Shown: one piece after another, positions 14,058 to 27,961 of the stretch
Position numbering within the stretch: position 1 is the first letter of the stretch
Layout: each line of letters begins with the position of its first letter
Source: Octopus vulgaris
Taxonomy: Eukaryota
Assembly (NCBI GenBank): GCA_951406725.2
Contig: OX597816.1
Location: 164,858,001-164,922,000, forward strand
Direction of reading: 5' to 3'
Length of the DNA stretch: 64,000 nt
The notes under the pieces: generated by a model
Told to the model about the DNA's origin: nothing
The model's input: the letters and a program-made list of their open reading frames with translations, nothing else
Database searches by the model: none
Made by a program: the position numbers and the translations under genes

Positions 14058-15045
14058 TAATCCAAACAAGAAAACAAAAAAGACAACAACGCGAGGAGGT
14101 GGAACAATTAAAGTATTATTAGGCGCTCAGGAAAAAAGGGAAGAAGGAGCCAGACTTCTGTGACTATTTTGGCAGGATTTTTACAGCTGGATGCCCTTCC
14201 TAATACCAGCCATTCAGCAGAGTGGGCCTAATGCTTTTTATGTGGCACAAGCACAGGCGAGGTCACATACATATATACGACGGACTTCTTTCAGTTTCCG
14301 TCTACCAAATCCACTCACAAGGCTTTGGTCGACCCGAGGCTATAGTAGAAGACAGTTGCCCAAGGTGCCACGCAGTGGGACTGAACCCGGAACCATTTGG
14401 TTGGTAAGCAAGCTACTTACCACACAGCTACGCCTGCGCCTTTTATATAATAATAACATTTCGGATTACAAAGCTTCCTTCTTCAGATATTGCTAGGAAT
14501 TGATTGAGTCACTGCTATAATCGGTTTTCCAACAGTTAGCGAAATTTTTTTCCCGAAGCGTCTCTGCAGTGGTCTCACGAAGCTCTCCGAAATATTATTA
14601 TATCAGACTACGGATAATTAAATTATAACAGTTATTATAGTCCACTCTGCATCGTTGTGCCATTCAAGACAAGTGTTATATCATTAGTATTATTTACATG
14701 GATCCTCTCCTCAACTCTGCGGGCTCCGGACGATGTATCACCTCAAACACCACTACCCTGTGTGGGCCCCGTTAATTTTTTTAATATGATCCCGTATCTC
14801 TCCAGTATAAAGGTTTTAACATTATATAAACTTTTCAATAATTTATGACAACTCCATATTTTTCTGAAAATTATTTATCCCGAGGCATGGCTGCGTGATA
14901 AGTAACCTACTTCCCGACCACATGGTTCCGGGTTCAGTCCCATTGCGTGATACCTTGGGCAAGTGTCTTCTACTGTAGCCTCTGATCGACCAAAGCCTTG
15001 TGAGTGAATTTGGCAGACGGAAACTGAAAGAAGCCCATTGTATTC

Positions 15046-15081
15046 CTTTCTGTCGAAGAACGTAAGCTCGAAACGTAAAAG
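15046..15081 (+). ncRNA. Minimal hammerhead-like motif, CUGUCGA variant
   Basis: cttt-CTGTCGA-a-gaac-gtaa-gctc-GAAAC-GTA-aaag. Same family as 26827-26862 and 44543-44580. Confidence 0.4.
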
Positions 15082-16262
15082 ACTTTCTCGCTTCCCGAGC
15101 GTTAAACTAATATATCTGTGTGTTATTTCCACACCCGTCTTCGTCTTTTGTTTTTGTAAATTCTCACTATATAAGTATATATATGTGCATGCGCGCGCGT
15201 GTGTGTATGTGTGTATGTGTGTGTGTATGTCTGTGTTTGTCCTCCACCATTGCTTGACAACCGGTGTTGGTGTGTTTATGTCACTCGTAAACTTAGCGGT
15301 TCGGTAAAAGTGACCAATAGAATAAGCACCAGGCTTTAAAGAACAAATAAATACCGGGGGTAGATTCATTCATCTAAAAGTTCTTTAAGGCGGTGCCACA
15401 GTATGGTCGCGGTCTAATGACTGAAACATGTAAAAGATAATTCTTGAACTATACATGAAAGAAACCAAAACGTCGTTATATTCTAATATAAGTACTTGGT
15501 GGTTTTCTTAACAGTTCATCAAACTTAAATATAAAAGATGAACTTTGAATTAAATTTATTAAACTAACAAAACCACACAAACCGCTGATATTGATCGTTC
15601 TAGTAACGCAAAATGAAAATATGAACTTTCGAGTTATAGACGGTGATGGTGTGTTCGAAAATATAAATATCGATCTTTCTTTTGTAGAAGATAGAAACGG
15701 TGAAATAATACCAGAGTGAATTCTTTGTTATATTCAGCTATGTTCAAGGCAGCGAGCTGGCAGAAACGTTAGCACGCCGGGCGAAATGCTTAGCAGTATT
15801 TCGTCTGCCGTTACGTTCTGAGTTCAAATTCCGCTGAGGTCGACTTTGCCTTTCATCCTTTCGGGGTCGATAGATTAAGCACCATGGGTCGATGTAATCG
15901 ACTTAATCCCTTTATCTGTTCTTGTTTGCTCCCTCTATGTTTAACCCCTTGTGGGCAATAAAGAAATAAGAATCGTTAGCTCGCCGAACAAAATGCTTCG
16001 TGGCGTTTCGTCCTTTACGTTCGGTGTTCAAATTCCACCGAGGTCGACTTAGTCTTTCATCTTTTCAGTCTCGCTGAAATAAGTACCAGTTGAATATTGG
16101 GATCAATGTAATCGACTAGCTCCCTATCCCAAAATGTCAAGCCTTGTGCCTACAGTAGAAAGGATATCTAGCTCTGCTCTTTTTATATTGTGGGTTCAAG
16201 TCTCGATGATGTCGTCTTTGCTTTTCATCTTTCTGGTGTCGATAAAACAAGTACCAGACATG

Positions 16263-17157
16263 CGAGGTCTGATCAATAAGTATCTGGACTGTTGCCATAG
16301 TTACGAAGCGAAAGCATGCAGAGTAAAGCTGCTTCGCAAAGATTGACCTTTGACTCTGCTACGCATGCGCACTAAGTTTTAACATTCTATGTCACTTCCG
16401 CTGTTTACAGCAATGCATGGGAAGAAGGTATGTAGCGAGTGATCGTCGCATTGACCATGACAGAAAAAGTAGTCATGGTGACACCTGCTTAGAGGTCTAT
16501 GCAAAGTTGCAGAAAGTGTATGGAGAGGAGTGTATGAGCTGCACACAAGTGTATAAGTGGTTCAGACGTTTCCAAAATGGCCGAAAAATGTCGATAGTGA
16601 CGAACCTTGTAGGAGACCTGCAACCAGCAGAATTGAGAAAGACATCGCAGATGTGCGTGCAGCTGTGAGGGGAGATCGTCGAATCACCATCGGTGAGTTA
16701 TCAGAGGATGTGCAGATTAGTTACGGTTCTGTTCAGTCCATTATCATTAAAGATTTTGATATGAGACGTGTGTCTGCTAAGTTTGTGCCAAAGCTGCTTT
16801 CAACTGACTAAAAAGACACTCGGGTTTCAGTTGCACAAGATCTCCTTGATTGTGTCGAAAATAATGAAAAACTTTTTGAAAACTTTGCGTAGGCCTCTGA
16901 GCAGATATCGCCAAGCTTTTGGTAGAATTTGATGCAGATTCTCTGCTCAACTTTCTCTGTCATGGTCAATGCAACGATCACACGCTACACTCGTTCCTTC
17001 AAAGCACTGCTGTAAACAGCTGGACTGAGCTAGAACGTTAAAACTTAATGCGCATGCACAACAGAGTTCAAGGTCAATCCGTTCCAAGCGGCTTCACTCT
17101 GCATTCCTTAGGTTCGTTACTATGGCAACAGCCCGGATACTTATTGATCATACCACG
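16263..17157 (+). mobile_element. Internally deleted mariner element with long inverted ends
   Basis: TIR CGAGGTCTGATCAATAAGTATC / GATACTTATTGATCATACCACG followed by TA. Transposase N-terminal remnants KLQKVYGEECMSCTQVYKWFRRFQNG and DRRITIGELSE..MRRVSAKFVPKLLS (WVPHEL-type motif). No catalytic domain. Confidence 0.88.
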
Positions 17158-17265
17158 TATATTGTGAAAGGCTGTAGGCATGGTGGTGTATTAAGATGTT
17201 CGGTTTGTAGCTAGATATGTCATATTTGCTAAGACGTGTGTGTGTGTGTGTGTATACCCCCCCCC

Positions 17266-17299
<34 letters not shown>

Positions 17300-17322
17300 A
17301 TTTTATATATATATATATAAAG

Positions 17323-17553
17323 AGGCGGCGAGCTGGCTGAAACGTTAGCACGCCGGGCGAAATGCTTAGCGGTATTTCGTCTGCCGTTACGTTCTGAGTT
17401 CAAATTCCGCCGAGGTCGACTTTGCCTTTCATCCTTTCGGGGTCGATAAATTAAGTACCAGTTACGCACTGGGGTCGATGTAATCGACTTAATCCCTTTG
17501 TCTGTCCTTGTTTGTCCCCTCTATGTTTAGCCCCTTGTGGGTAGTAAAGAAAT
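17323..17553 (+). mobile_element. tRNA-derived SINE family B (MetaSINE-like central domain)
   Basis: Head GGCGGCGAGCTGGC..GAGTTCAAATTCC followed by GCCTTTCATCCTTTCGGGGTCGATAAA..AAGTACCAG. Other copies at about 15748-16165, 23995-24225, 25835-26038, 37586-37800, 39580-39775, 41195-41580, 48700-49270, 58178-58568, 60046-60441, 60885-61092. Confidence 0.88.
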
Positions 17554-18246
17554 ATATATATATATAAAGAGAGCGCGGGACTCACAATCGCAAAATCCCC
17601 TTCGGCGCGTTGTACCCACTTATTTCTCGTTGCTCCAGTCCCCTCAGCAGACAAAAAAATGAGTTTTACCTATAACTGAAAGGCCTGCCTAGTCATATTT
17701 CTCATATGTTAAGAGTATACATGTCTGTAGAGTGCTCAGACGCTTGCACATTAATTTCATGAACAGGCTGTCCGGCTGATCGGATCAACTGGAACCCTCG
17801 TCGTGCCAGGCCATATATAATTAGAACGTGTACAAGTGTTTAGGAAAAAGAGATGAGCGCTGGAATACTCGATCTCTCGAAGTTTCTATCAACTTAGTCA
17901 TTTCGGGATGGGATACCGAATGTACGAGTATGATGATACATTAAATTTGCTTTTTCCACAAAATATACTTGTAAAGCTAAACCCTTTATGGACGGGAAAC
18001 TTTAGGTAATCCCATAGACCAGACTTCCCTGTTTTTGATACACACACGCGCGCACGCACACACACACATATATACATACATATACATATATGTGTGTGTG
18101 TATATATATATATACATATATATACAGACACACATATATACATACATATACATAAATGTGTGTGTATATATATAAACTTAGATAAACTTAGATATGTTTC
18201 GACCAGAGATTGGTCCAGGCCATGTCTAACATATATATATATATGT

Positions 18247-18425
<179 letters not shown>

Positions 18426-18566
18426 TTTATGTATATGTATGTATATATGTGTGTGTGTATATATATGTATATATATATATATACACACACATATATGTAT
18501 ATGTATGTATATATGTGTGTGTGTGCGTGCGCGCGTGTGTGTATCAAAAACGGGGAAGTATATATA

Positions 18567-18606
<40 letters not shown>

Positions 18607-19013
18607 CTCAAAGTCGTAAGACGCCCCCGTATCATTCCTGTTTTTATTCGTTACTGTTTCCAATTTTATCTTCGTCTCTTGTTTTCCTATTCGTCTCTGT
18701 TGTCACATTCTTTCCTTCTACCAAGCAAATCTAATGCCCATAGCTTAGCTTTTCCTTGGGGCTGGCCTTTTCGGAGCAAATCTCAGAATTAAACAGCCGA
18801 AATTTGCCATGATGAATCGGTTTCTGACTGAAGAATGAAGGCTCTGAATTACTGTCCGTTTTTCCGTGTTTGTCAATTCGTGAATTTCACGTTCTTTATA
18901 TATAAGTTTTATTATATATATATATATATATAATTTCAGTAAAACAATTAAGATTCAAGTGAGTTCCAATGAATTAACTTAGATGCACCAGAAATCTTTA
19001 TGGTATTAACCGT

Positions 19014-19105
19014 GTTTTGGCTGATGAATACGGGACACTTGTATTTGCTGCAATATTTGCAGCTTTTAATAAATCTGTTCTTCGTATGAAACAATTGTAA
19101 TGAAC
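19014..19105 (+). ncRNA. Hammerhead-like motif (Penelope type) next to (TA)n
   Basis: CTGATGA-atacg...cgtat-GAAAC-aattg-TA with palindromic stem III CAATTG. Stem I is poorly paired. Confidence 0.45.
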
Positions 19106-19134
19106 AACTAATCCATTCTTGTTGCTTTTTTCTT

Positions 19135-19258
<124 letters not shown>

Positions 19259-20244
19259 GTATATATATGTATATATATATATATATTTGGGCGGGGGGGG
19301 GGAGATACAAGACCAGTAAACGGGGGATAGATAAGACGATTCTATCGATCCCAGTGCTCAACTGGTACTTATTTTATCTATCCCGAAATGATGAGAAACA
19401 ATGTCGACCTCTGCGGAATTTAAACTCAGACCGTAAAGACGGACGAATTGCTTCTAAATATTTTACCCGGTGTACTTACGATTTTGCCAGCTCACCGCTG
19501 CCTTCTTCATATATATTAAGCAGACGACAGAAATGATAAGAACAAGACAACCGATTCAGCGAGTGTCATGGTAATGAACTTAATAGAAACTGACGAATAA
19601 TTTGTATCTTTACGAGAGAGGAAATTATTTCACATGAGAAATAATGACTCACACCAAACGATAATATAAATTTTTATTCAATTTTTCATCATGGCTTCAT
19701 CATAAGATTGACGCATGTCAGATGTCGGTCGTTGATGTGATTGCTTTAAGAATAGCTGGTGAATCATTTTAATAAAGAGATGAAGGAATTTAAATATTTT
19801 ATAAATGAAGACAGTAATATAGCTTTCTCACTTTATTGGCCACAAGAGTTGTAATATATCGGCAATAATATATTTATTGATTATTAACATCGCCACATTG
19901 TTTCCGATTTTTCTGGCGAGAGTTAATTCTGGTAAAGTTAATTATCTGGTTTCAAATTTTTGCACAAGACCAGAAGTTTCAAATTTTTGCACAAGGCCAG
20001 AAGTTTTGGCGGAGAAGAAACTCGAATGCATCGATATATATATATATATATGCTAGATATAGCAGCCAAAACATAAATGTATGAACATTTAATGTGGTTC
20101 TAGAGTCGTTTTGGCTGCTATATCTAGCATGGTGGTATCTTTTAGATACCCTTAATTGTAATTTTAATAATTATTATTGCCTATGAGGTCTCTATTCCCA
20201 TGTTAGTCACTTGATATGATCAATATTTTAAATAAGGATCTTAT

Positions 20245-20284
<40 letters not shown>

Positions 20285-20291
20285 AACATAC

Positions 20292-20364
<73 letters not shown>

Positions 20365-20403
20365 AATATATATCTATATATATATATACATATATATATA
20401 CAT

Positions 20404-20434
<31 letters not shown>

Positions 20435-21435
20435 CTAGCATTAAAGACCCGTCGTTGCCGGGTCATAGTGCTAGTGCATGTATATATGTGTATATATATA
20501 TGTGTACATATTACATGTACATCTATATATATACATCTACACATGAAATACAAAATACAAAGTTATATCTTGATATCGCTAGTGATAACATTACTCAAAA
20601 TATATAACAGACTGGAATTGTTAGCCCGTCTCTTGTAATTTCGATCAATTGTATCTCGTCCTCCCTCTTGTATAGAAGTGTGGCTACAATCCAGCCTACC
20701 TCTACTTCTGAGGTGGGGGGGGCATTTAAAAATTTTTTTCCGGGACGTCCTACGTCCCAGATATAAAAGTATAAATAAAATATTTCCACTTTGCAAGTTC
20801 GAGTCGAGTACTCCCTTGCACGCTCCGTTGACTCGAACCTTGCTTCTATTGTGGCGAATTTACCGCCTCTTTCATAGTCGCACCAAGACACTTTTCGAAG
20901 GTGCTTCGAATCTTCTTTTTTCTCTACATTGTATACTTTATAGACAATAGTCTTTTCTTTAATTTAATTTTTTATTATCCATCTGGACTATTCCATTTCT
21001 GCACGCTAATTTTATTTTTATTTATTCCCATTCATGTGAAACCACTTATTTCAAGTTCAAGTCATTGATGCAATTTTATACCAATTGCTATTTTTACTTT
21101 TTTTTATGTTACGATTATATTATACTTTAGTTTGATTTTAATTATTACTTACTACATATAATTCAATTGTTATTATTATTTTTATTGTTAAAGTGAAAGT
21201 ATCTGACATAAAATAGAAAAATGTTTTTGTTTCACTTTTAACACGTAATACTGAAATAGTGGAGAAGATATGCTATTGCTATGGGCTCGCTCTAAGCAAG
21301 AAGTTGAACATTGAACATGGACCCCAAGTAAGGCATGTGTAAAATTTGAATGAAATTGGTTGTGTAGTTCTCAAGTTTTAGGGAAATACACAGACAGACA
21401 GACAACATTCTCAGTTTTATATATATATATAAAGA
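20435..21435 (-). mobile_element. Non-autonomous Helitron
   Basis: Minus strand starts TC(TTTATATA..) with (CTGT)n near the 5' end and ends with hairpin gacccg-gcaacga-cgggtc then CTAG. Inserted between A and T. Confidence 0.75.
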
Positions 21436-22143
21436 TATATATATGCTACAAAATGCTTAGTGGTTCTGAGTTCAAATTCCGCCGAGGTCAACTTTGCCTT
21501 TCATTCTTTCGGGATATGTGTGAGTGTATGTGTGTGTGCGTGAGTGTGAGTTTCTGTGTGTGTGAGTGTGTGTTAGTCTTCGTGTCTATGTTTGTCTATC
21601 CACCGCTTCACAGCCGGTGTCAGTTTGTTTATGTCTTTTTAACGCAGCGGTTCGACAAAAGGAACGATAGAATAAGTAACAGGCTTTAAAAAACAAGCAC
21701 TGGGGTCGATTCATTAGACTAAAAATTCTTCAAGGCGATACCCCAGCATGGTCGCAACCTAATGAGCGAGACAAGAAAAAGAAGAAAATGTTAAGAGACG
21801 ATAAAAGATGAAGTTGACATCGGTGAGATTTGAACTCAGTATGTAAAGCTCCCACAGAAAAACTGAGCTCCAAATCATGGTTCCTTATTTGGGTACAGGA
21901 CCAGAAATTTTGAGTGCAAGAGTTTAATCGCTACCGTTCACCCTAGTAGATGACTGGTACTTTATCTTATCGACTTTTACAGGATAATCAGCTAAGGTGA
22001 CCTCAGCTAAATTTGGAATTGGAACATAAAGAACCGCAAAAATACCGACCCTGGATAATGAAAAGCAAAAGTTTGCCACTGCGAAATTTGAACTCAGAAA
22101 TGATTCCGCCAATCCGCCAAAGAACGGATTCCGCCAAAGAATG

Positions 22144-22486
22144 TGGAAGCACTCCGTCGGTTACGACGATGAGGGTTCCGGTTGATCCGAATCAACGGAA
22201 CAGACACGTGCACCCTTAACGTAGTTCTCGGGGATATTCAGCTTGACACAGAGAGTGACAAGGCTGGCCCTTTGAAATACAGGTACAACAGAAACATGAA
22301 GTAAGAGTGAGAGAAAGTTGTGGCGAAAGAGTACAGCAGGGATCACCACCATCCCCTGCCGGAGCCTCGTGGAGCTTTTAGATGTTTTCGCTCAATAAAC
22401 ACTCACAACGCCCGGTCTGGGAATCGAAACCGCGATCCTATGACCGCGAGTCCGCTGCCCTAACCACTGGGCCATTGCGCCTCCAC
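22144..22486 (-). mobile_element. tRNA-derived SINE family C
   Basis: Reverse complement of 28376-28757 with a small internal deletion. Confidence 0.85.
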
Positions 22487-22516
22487 CCGCCAAAGAATAC
22501 AAATACAAGAAATAAG

Positions 22517-23291
22517 CAATGTAGTGTAAGAAACAGTTGCAAAACTTACATAAAAATCTATTGTGCTTGGCTGTGGATCTTCGATGTCGTCTGCTGGGGC
22601 AACAGTCGAAGTAGCCGGAGTTGGTTTTTTGATAAACATGGTAAGCCTTGTCTGAATTGCTTGTTTCTCTTCATAAACTTCACGATACGCACGAAACATA
22701 TCATCTGCCATCCGTTCAATCCTTGCAAATCGTTCGATGTTTGAGTCCATTGCTTCAAATTATTCGAGAAGTTTATTTATTTGGAATAAACCTTCTGATA
22801 ATCTTTTTGTAGTGAAACTCCTTTCTGGCACCTCCTTTCTTCCTCCGCGCGTTCTTTTTCCAATTCAAGAAACTCTTCATTTGTAAGTTCTTCGGATTCT
22901 TGGTGTAGTAAATCTTCGTTATTTTCCACTTCACACTCCAAAGAAAGGTCTTTAGCCAGTTTTACTACTTTCCCGCGAATCATTTCAAGTTCATGGTCAA
23001 AAATTAGCCTGGTGTTAGTCAAAAATCTCGGTGTCTCAAGCAGTCGGCTTATAAACAAATAGGAGGTTGCCTCGATGTCTCCGCGACAGGATAGTCATCC
23101 AACACGTGGAATAACCACAGTGGCGACCGATAACCAAACCTAGAGTAAGCGTTTGTTAGCTGACGTCATCCGTAGGGTTAATTTCTAACCCTGGTGCGCC
23201 AATCGTCGTAAAGTCGATCGGTCGTAAGTCGGATATGTCGTAAGTCGGATAGGTCGTAAGTCGGATAGATCGTGAGTCGACGACGACTGTA
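22517..23291 (-). mobile_element. pogo/Tigger-like DNA transposon remnant
   Basis: End TACAGTCGTCGTCGACT with 15-bp subterminal repeats (gtcgtaagtcggata). Transposase C-terminal-like LAKDLSLECEVENNEDLLHQESEELTNEEFLELE and MDSNIERF..YREVYEEKQAIQTRL. Related fragment at about 26548-26630. Confidence 0.7.
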
Positions 23292-23885
23292 TGTATATAT
23301 ATTAAAATAGATATAAACATTCAGTAATATTTTCTTCTCCTTAAGGTAGCGAGCTGACAGAGTCGTTAGCACGTTGGGCGAAATGCTTAGCGGCATTTCG
23401 TCCGTCTTTACGTTCTCAGATTTGCCTTTCAGCCTTCCGGTATCGATAAAATAAGTACCAGCTGAGCACTGAGATCAATGTAATCGATTTGCTCCAAAAT
23501 TGCTGGCCTTGTGTCAAAATTCGAAACTAATATTTTCTCCAAACTCTGGTTTGTGTTTCTTAAGTAAAAACACCCGTCAGCAGCATGTGACAACCACCGG
23601 TTGGCGATTGGGAAGTGGTTCTCAATGCAAATGTATATACTTTTTCCAGTGACGAAAAGTCACTGATCTCGAAAAAGTGTAAACGAGCAATAATAAATCT
23701 CTGAGCGAGGTATAAACAGTAGCTGCATGACATCGTGTAGTATATTTGCCACCTAAATGTGGCTAACCCTCAAGGGTCGATGCTACTGTAGCTCGAAGTC
23801 CCAGGAAGACATTTCCACCAACTGACTATTGACACACTATCTGTGCCCTATCAGTATTTGCAAAGGGAAGTCAACCGGTGGCGGT

Positions 23886-23930
23886 CATACGCTGATGACG
23901 GGCCAATACTCAGAAACTCGGGTCCGTGTG
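23886..23930 (+). ncRNA. Type I minimal hammerhead ribozyme (best preserved in the window)
   Basis: Stem I catacg/cgtgtg (6 bp), core CTGATGA, stem II ggg/ctc, GAAAC, near-palindromic stem III CTCGGG, GUC cleavage triplet. Confidence 0.65.
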
Positions 23931-24583
23931 TATCACGTCCGGCTGGAGATGGGAACGATTACTTCCCTTTGCAAATACTGATAGGGCACAAATATATTTC
24001 TTTACTAGCCACAAGGGGCTAAACATAGAAGGGACAAACAAGGACAGACAAACGGATTAAGTCGATTACATCGACCCCAGTGCGAAACTGGTACTTTATT
24101 TATCGACCCCGAAAGGATGAAAGGCAAAGTCGACCTCGGCGGAATTTGAACTCAGAACGTAACGACAGACGAAATACCGCGAAGCATTTCGCCCGGCGCG
24201 CTAACGTTTCTGCCAGCTCGCCGCCCTATTGTGTGTCAATAGCCTGCTGGAGGAGATGTCTTCCTGGGGCTACAAGTTACTGTAGGATCGACCCTTAAGG
24301 GTTAGCCATATTTAGGTGGAAAATATACTTCACGATTACACATTCATTCATTCATTTATTTATTTATCTATTTATTGATGAAGTGTGAGTTTTTTCAACC
24401 ACTAACGTTCGCTTTCTTCCGTTCATTCTGATCTTATGAGAAAAGACATTCAAAATAAGAGCTCTGGGTTCTGTTGTTGTTGTTGTTGTTTAACAATAGG
24501 TCGACACTGATTAAGCAAATATATGACCAAAGACTTTCCAATCGTAGCGTTAACATCTTTCAAGCATTATATTATCCAGGAGG

Positions 24584-24651
<68 letters not shown>

Positions 24652-24652
<1 letters not shown>

Positions 24653-25757
24653 ATAATAATTATAAATAAGGGTTAAATGCAACAAGTTGCTCAAAACCGC
24701 ATACCGAAAATATTAGAAATAGCAGCCAAAATTGGTCACCATTTCCTCTACTATTAAAAAGTCTCCACAAACAAACAGAATTTGTAAGCTGTATATGGCA
24801 AAAAAGGCAGAAAATAACGAAATCCCAGCCTATGGATTAATTATAGACGACTCGTTTCTGGATTAGAACCGAAGGTTCATTTCCTTGTCAATATAATATT
24901 TCCTATAGATCTAGAAATGCTAGGGAAAAAAACTCACCCGTTACACCAATACGATCAGCGACATCGGACGGTCTAACAGAACTGCTAGCATTCCTACACC
25001 TATACCGACATGTGAATTCATATTTCCCTCCAAAATTTACCACGTGAGCTACAAAAACGTTACCAACGAAACGAAAAATTCGTAGATAACTTGTAAGGGA
25101 GCAAAAGTATTCAATATGCAATAAAGGGTGGAATGTAATTAATTTAATAAAATTAATCAATTTCACCTAGTAGATTTATCGGTATGGAAAAGACCATATT
25201 TGGTAAGGGTTATAATAATTATAAATAAGGGTTAAATGCAACAAGTTGCTCATTGTAGCTCACGTGGTAAATTTTGGAGGGAAATATGAATTCACATGTC
25301 GGTATAGGTGTAGGAATGCTAGCAGTTCTGTTAGACCGTCCGATGTCGCTGATCGTATTGGTGTAACGGGTGAGTTTTTTTCCCCTAGCATTTCTAGATC
25401 TATAGGAAATATTATATTGACAAGGAAATGAACCTTCGGTTCTAATCCAGAAACGAGTCGTCTATAATTAATCCATAGGCTGGGATTTCGTTATTTTCTG
25501 CCTTTTTTGCCATATACAGCTTACAAATTCTGTTTGTTTGTGGAGACTTTTTAATAGTAGAGGAAATGGTGACCAATTTTGGCTGCTATTTCTAATATTT
25601 TCGGTATGCGGTTTTGAGCAACTTGTTGCATTTAACCCTTATTTATAATTATTATAACCCTTACCAAATATGGTCTTTTCCATACCGATAAATCTACTAG
25701 GTGAAATTGATTAATTTTATTAAATTAATTACATACCACCCTTTATTGCATATTGAA

Positions 25758-25760
<3 letters not shown>
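24652..25760. mobile_element. Penelope-type terminal-repeat element in tandem plus inverted arrangement inside (TA)n
   Basis: 24652-25054 is inverted almost perfectly at 25253-25655. 25106-25252 is inverted at 25614-25760. Hammerhead-like motif at 25411-25468 (+) and 24840-24897 (-). Confidence 0.7.
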
Positions 25761-25834
<74 letters not shown>

Positions 25835-26826
25835 GCGTCGGGCGAAATGCTTAGTGGTATTTCATCTACCGCTACGTTCTGAGTTCAAATTCCGCTGAGG
25901 TCGATTTTGCCTTTCATCCTTTCGGGGTCGATAAATTAAGTAACAGTTACGCACTGGGGTCGATATAATCAACTTAATCCGTTTGTCTGTCCTTGTTTAT
26001 CCCCTCTATGTTTAACCCCCTGTGGGCCATAAAGAAATATATATTATCCAAGAGGAGAGTCTAGTTGCTCTTTCTAGGAGGTCATGTGCTCACGTGGCGG
26101 CTCCTTCGTCTCTTGTCATAATTAGTGCTAACCGTGGCAGCGAAATAGCGGAAACGGAAGTAATAATCAAAATGATAATTTTCAGGATTAATATTACATT
26201 AATGTGGCTTCAGTCAGCAATATTGGTTTATGAGTTCTTTACGGCAAGGAGTGACTGGCTGACCGACTGACTGACTGTCTGTCTGTTGTCTGTACGGCCA
26301 GCTGGCTAATTGGCTGGTTGGTTGGCTGGCTGGTGTTTGTCTGACTGGCTGGACGGACGGTTGGCTTGCTGACAGACAGGCTGGTGGAGTGTCTGTCTGT
26401 CTGCTTGGTTAGCTGGTTGGATAGATGGATGTGAAAAAATTCTTTGCACGGACATTCGTTTACATTTTTCTTCTTTTTTTCTGCTTTCATATACGCTATC
26501 TGCCTTAGACGAAGGATCTTTTTAAGTTCGAATTGCTCACACCCCCACAATGTAGTGTAAGAAACAGCTGCAAAACTTACATAAAAAGTTTATTGTAGAC
26601 TGGTACTCGGCTGTGGATCTTCTATGTCGTTTTCTTCTTTCTCCATCCACATTCTAAGAGATACAGAGGTAGAGAGAGAAGAAGAGAGGGGGAGAGAGAA
26701 GAAGAGAGGGGAGAGAGAGAGAAGAGAGGGAGAGAGACATAAATATATTTATGCGTGTATGTGTGTATGTAAGATCGCTAGCCACTACACATTCTTTATT
26801 TTCTCTCCCTGTTTCTTTGTGTGTTC

Positions 26827-26862
26827 CTTTCTGAGGAAGAGCGTAGGCTCAAAACGTTAAAG
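26827..26862 (+). ncRNA. Minimal hammerhead-like motif
   Basis: cttt-CTGAGGA-a-gagc-gtag-gctc-AAAAC-GTT-aaag (G12 to A substitution). Confidence 0.4.
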
Positions 26863-26945
26863 ACTTTTCACTTACCAGGCATTAAAATAATACATCTGTT
26901 TGTTGTCTACACCACCTGTCTTCATCTTTTTTTTTTGTGAATTCT

Positions 26946-27481
<536 letters not shown>

Positions 27482-27488
27482 CTGTATG

Positions 27489-27527
<39 letters not shown>

Positions 27528-27961
27528 CATGGAAAAATACGAGCATGAAAAGTCATATTCTTAAGATTATAAGCCTGGAAAAGTACAGGACAAGTTATTA
27601 AACCTGTAAGAGTATAGGATAAGCTATTACTACTAGTAAAAGTAAAGTTTAAGAAACTTTTTATTTAAAATATTGCAGCAAAGAATGCCAGTTCTAATTT
27701 ATCATTCTTTACAGTTCTTATCTTTTAAATTTATTGTACAAAACTGTTCAGCTAATTTGTAAGTTTGTCTAATTAGTCATTTTTTCTGTATTTATAGTAG
27801 TAAATTAGACAAATTCTACTTAAATAAGTATAGTGTTATTTGTAAACTATAATAAAATGTTTTAATGTTCAAATTTTAATTTTAGCTGCAATATTTTAAG
27901 TAAAAATTTTCTTATTCTTTACTTTACTAGAAGTAATAGCTTGTCCTATACCAACAAAAGG

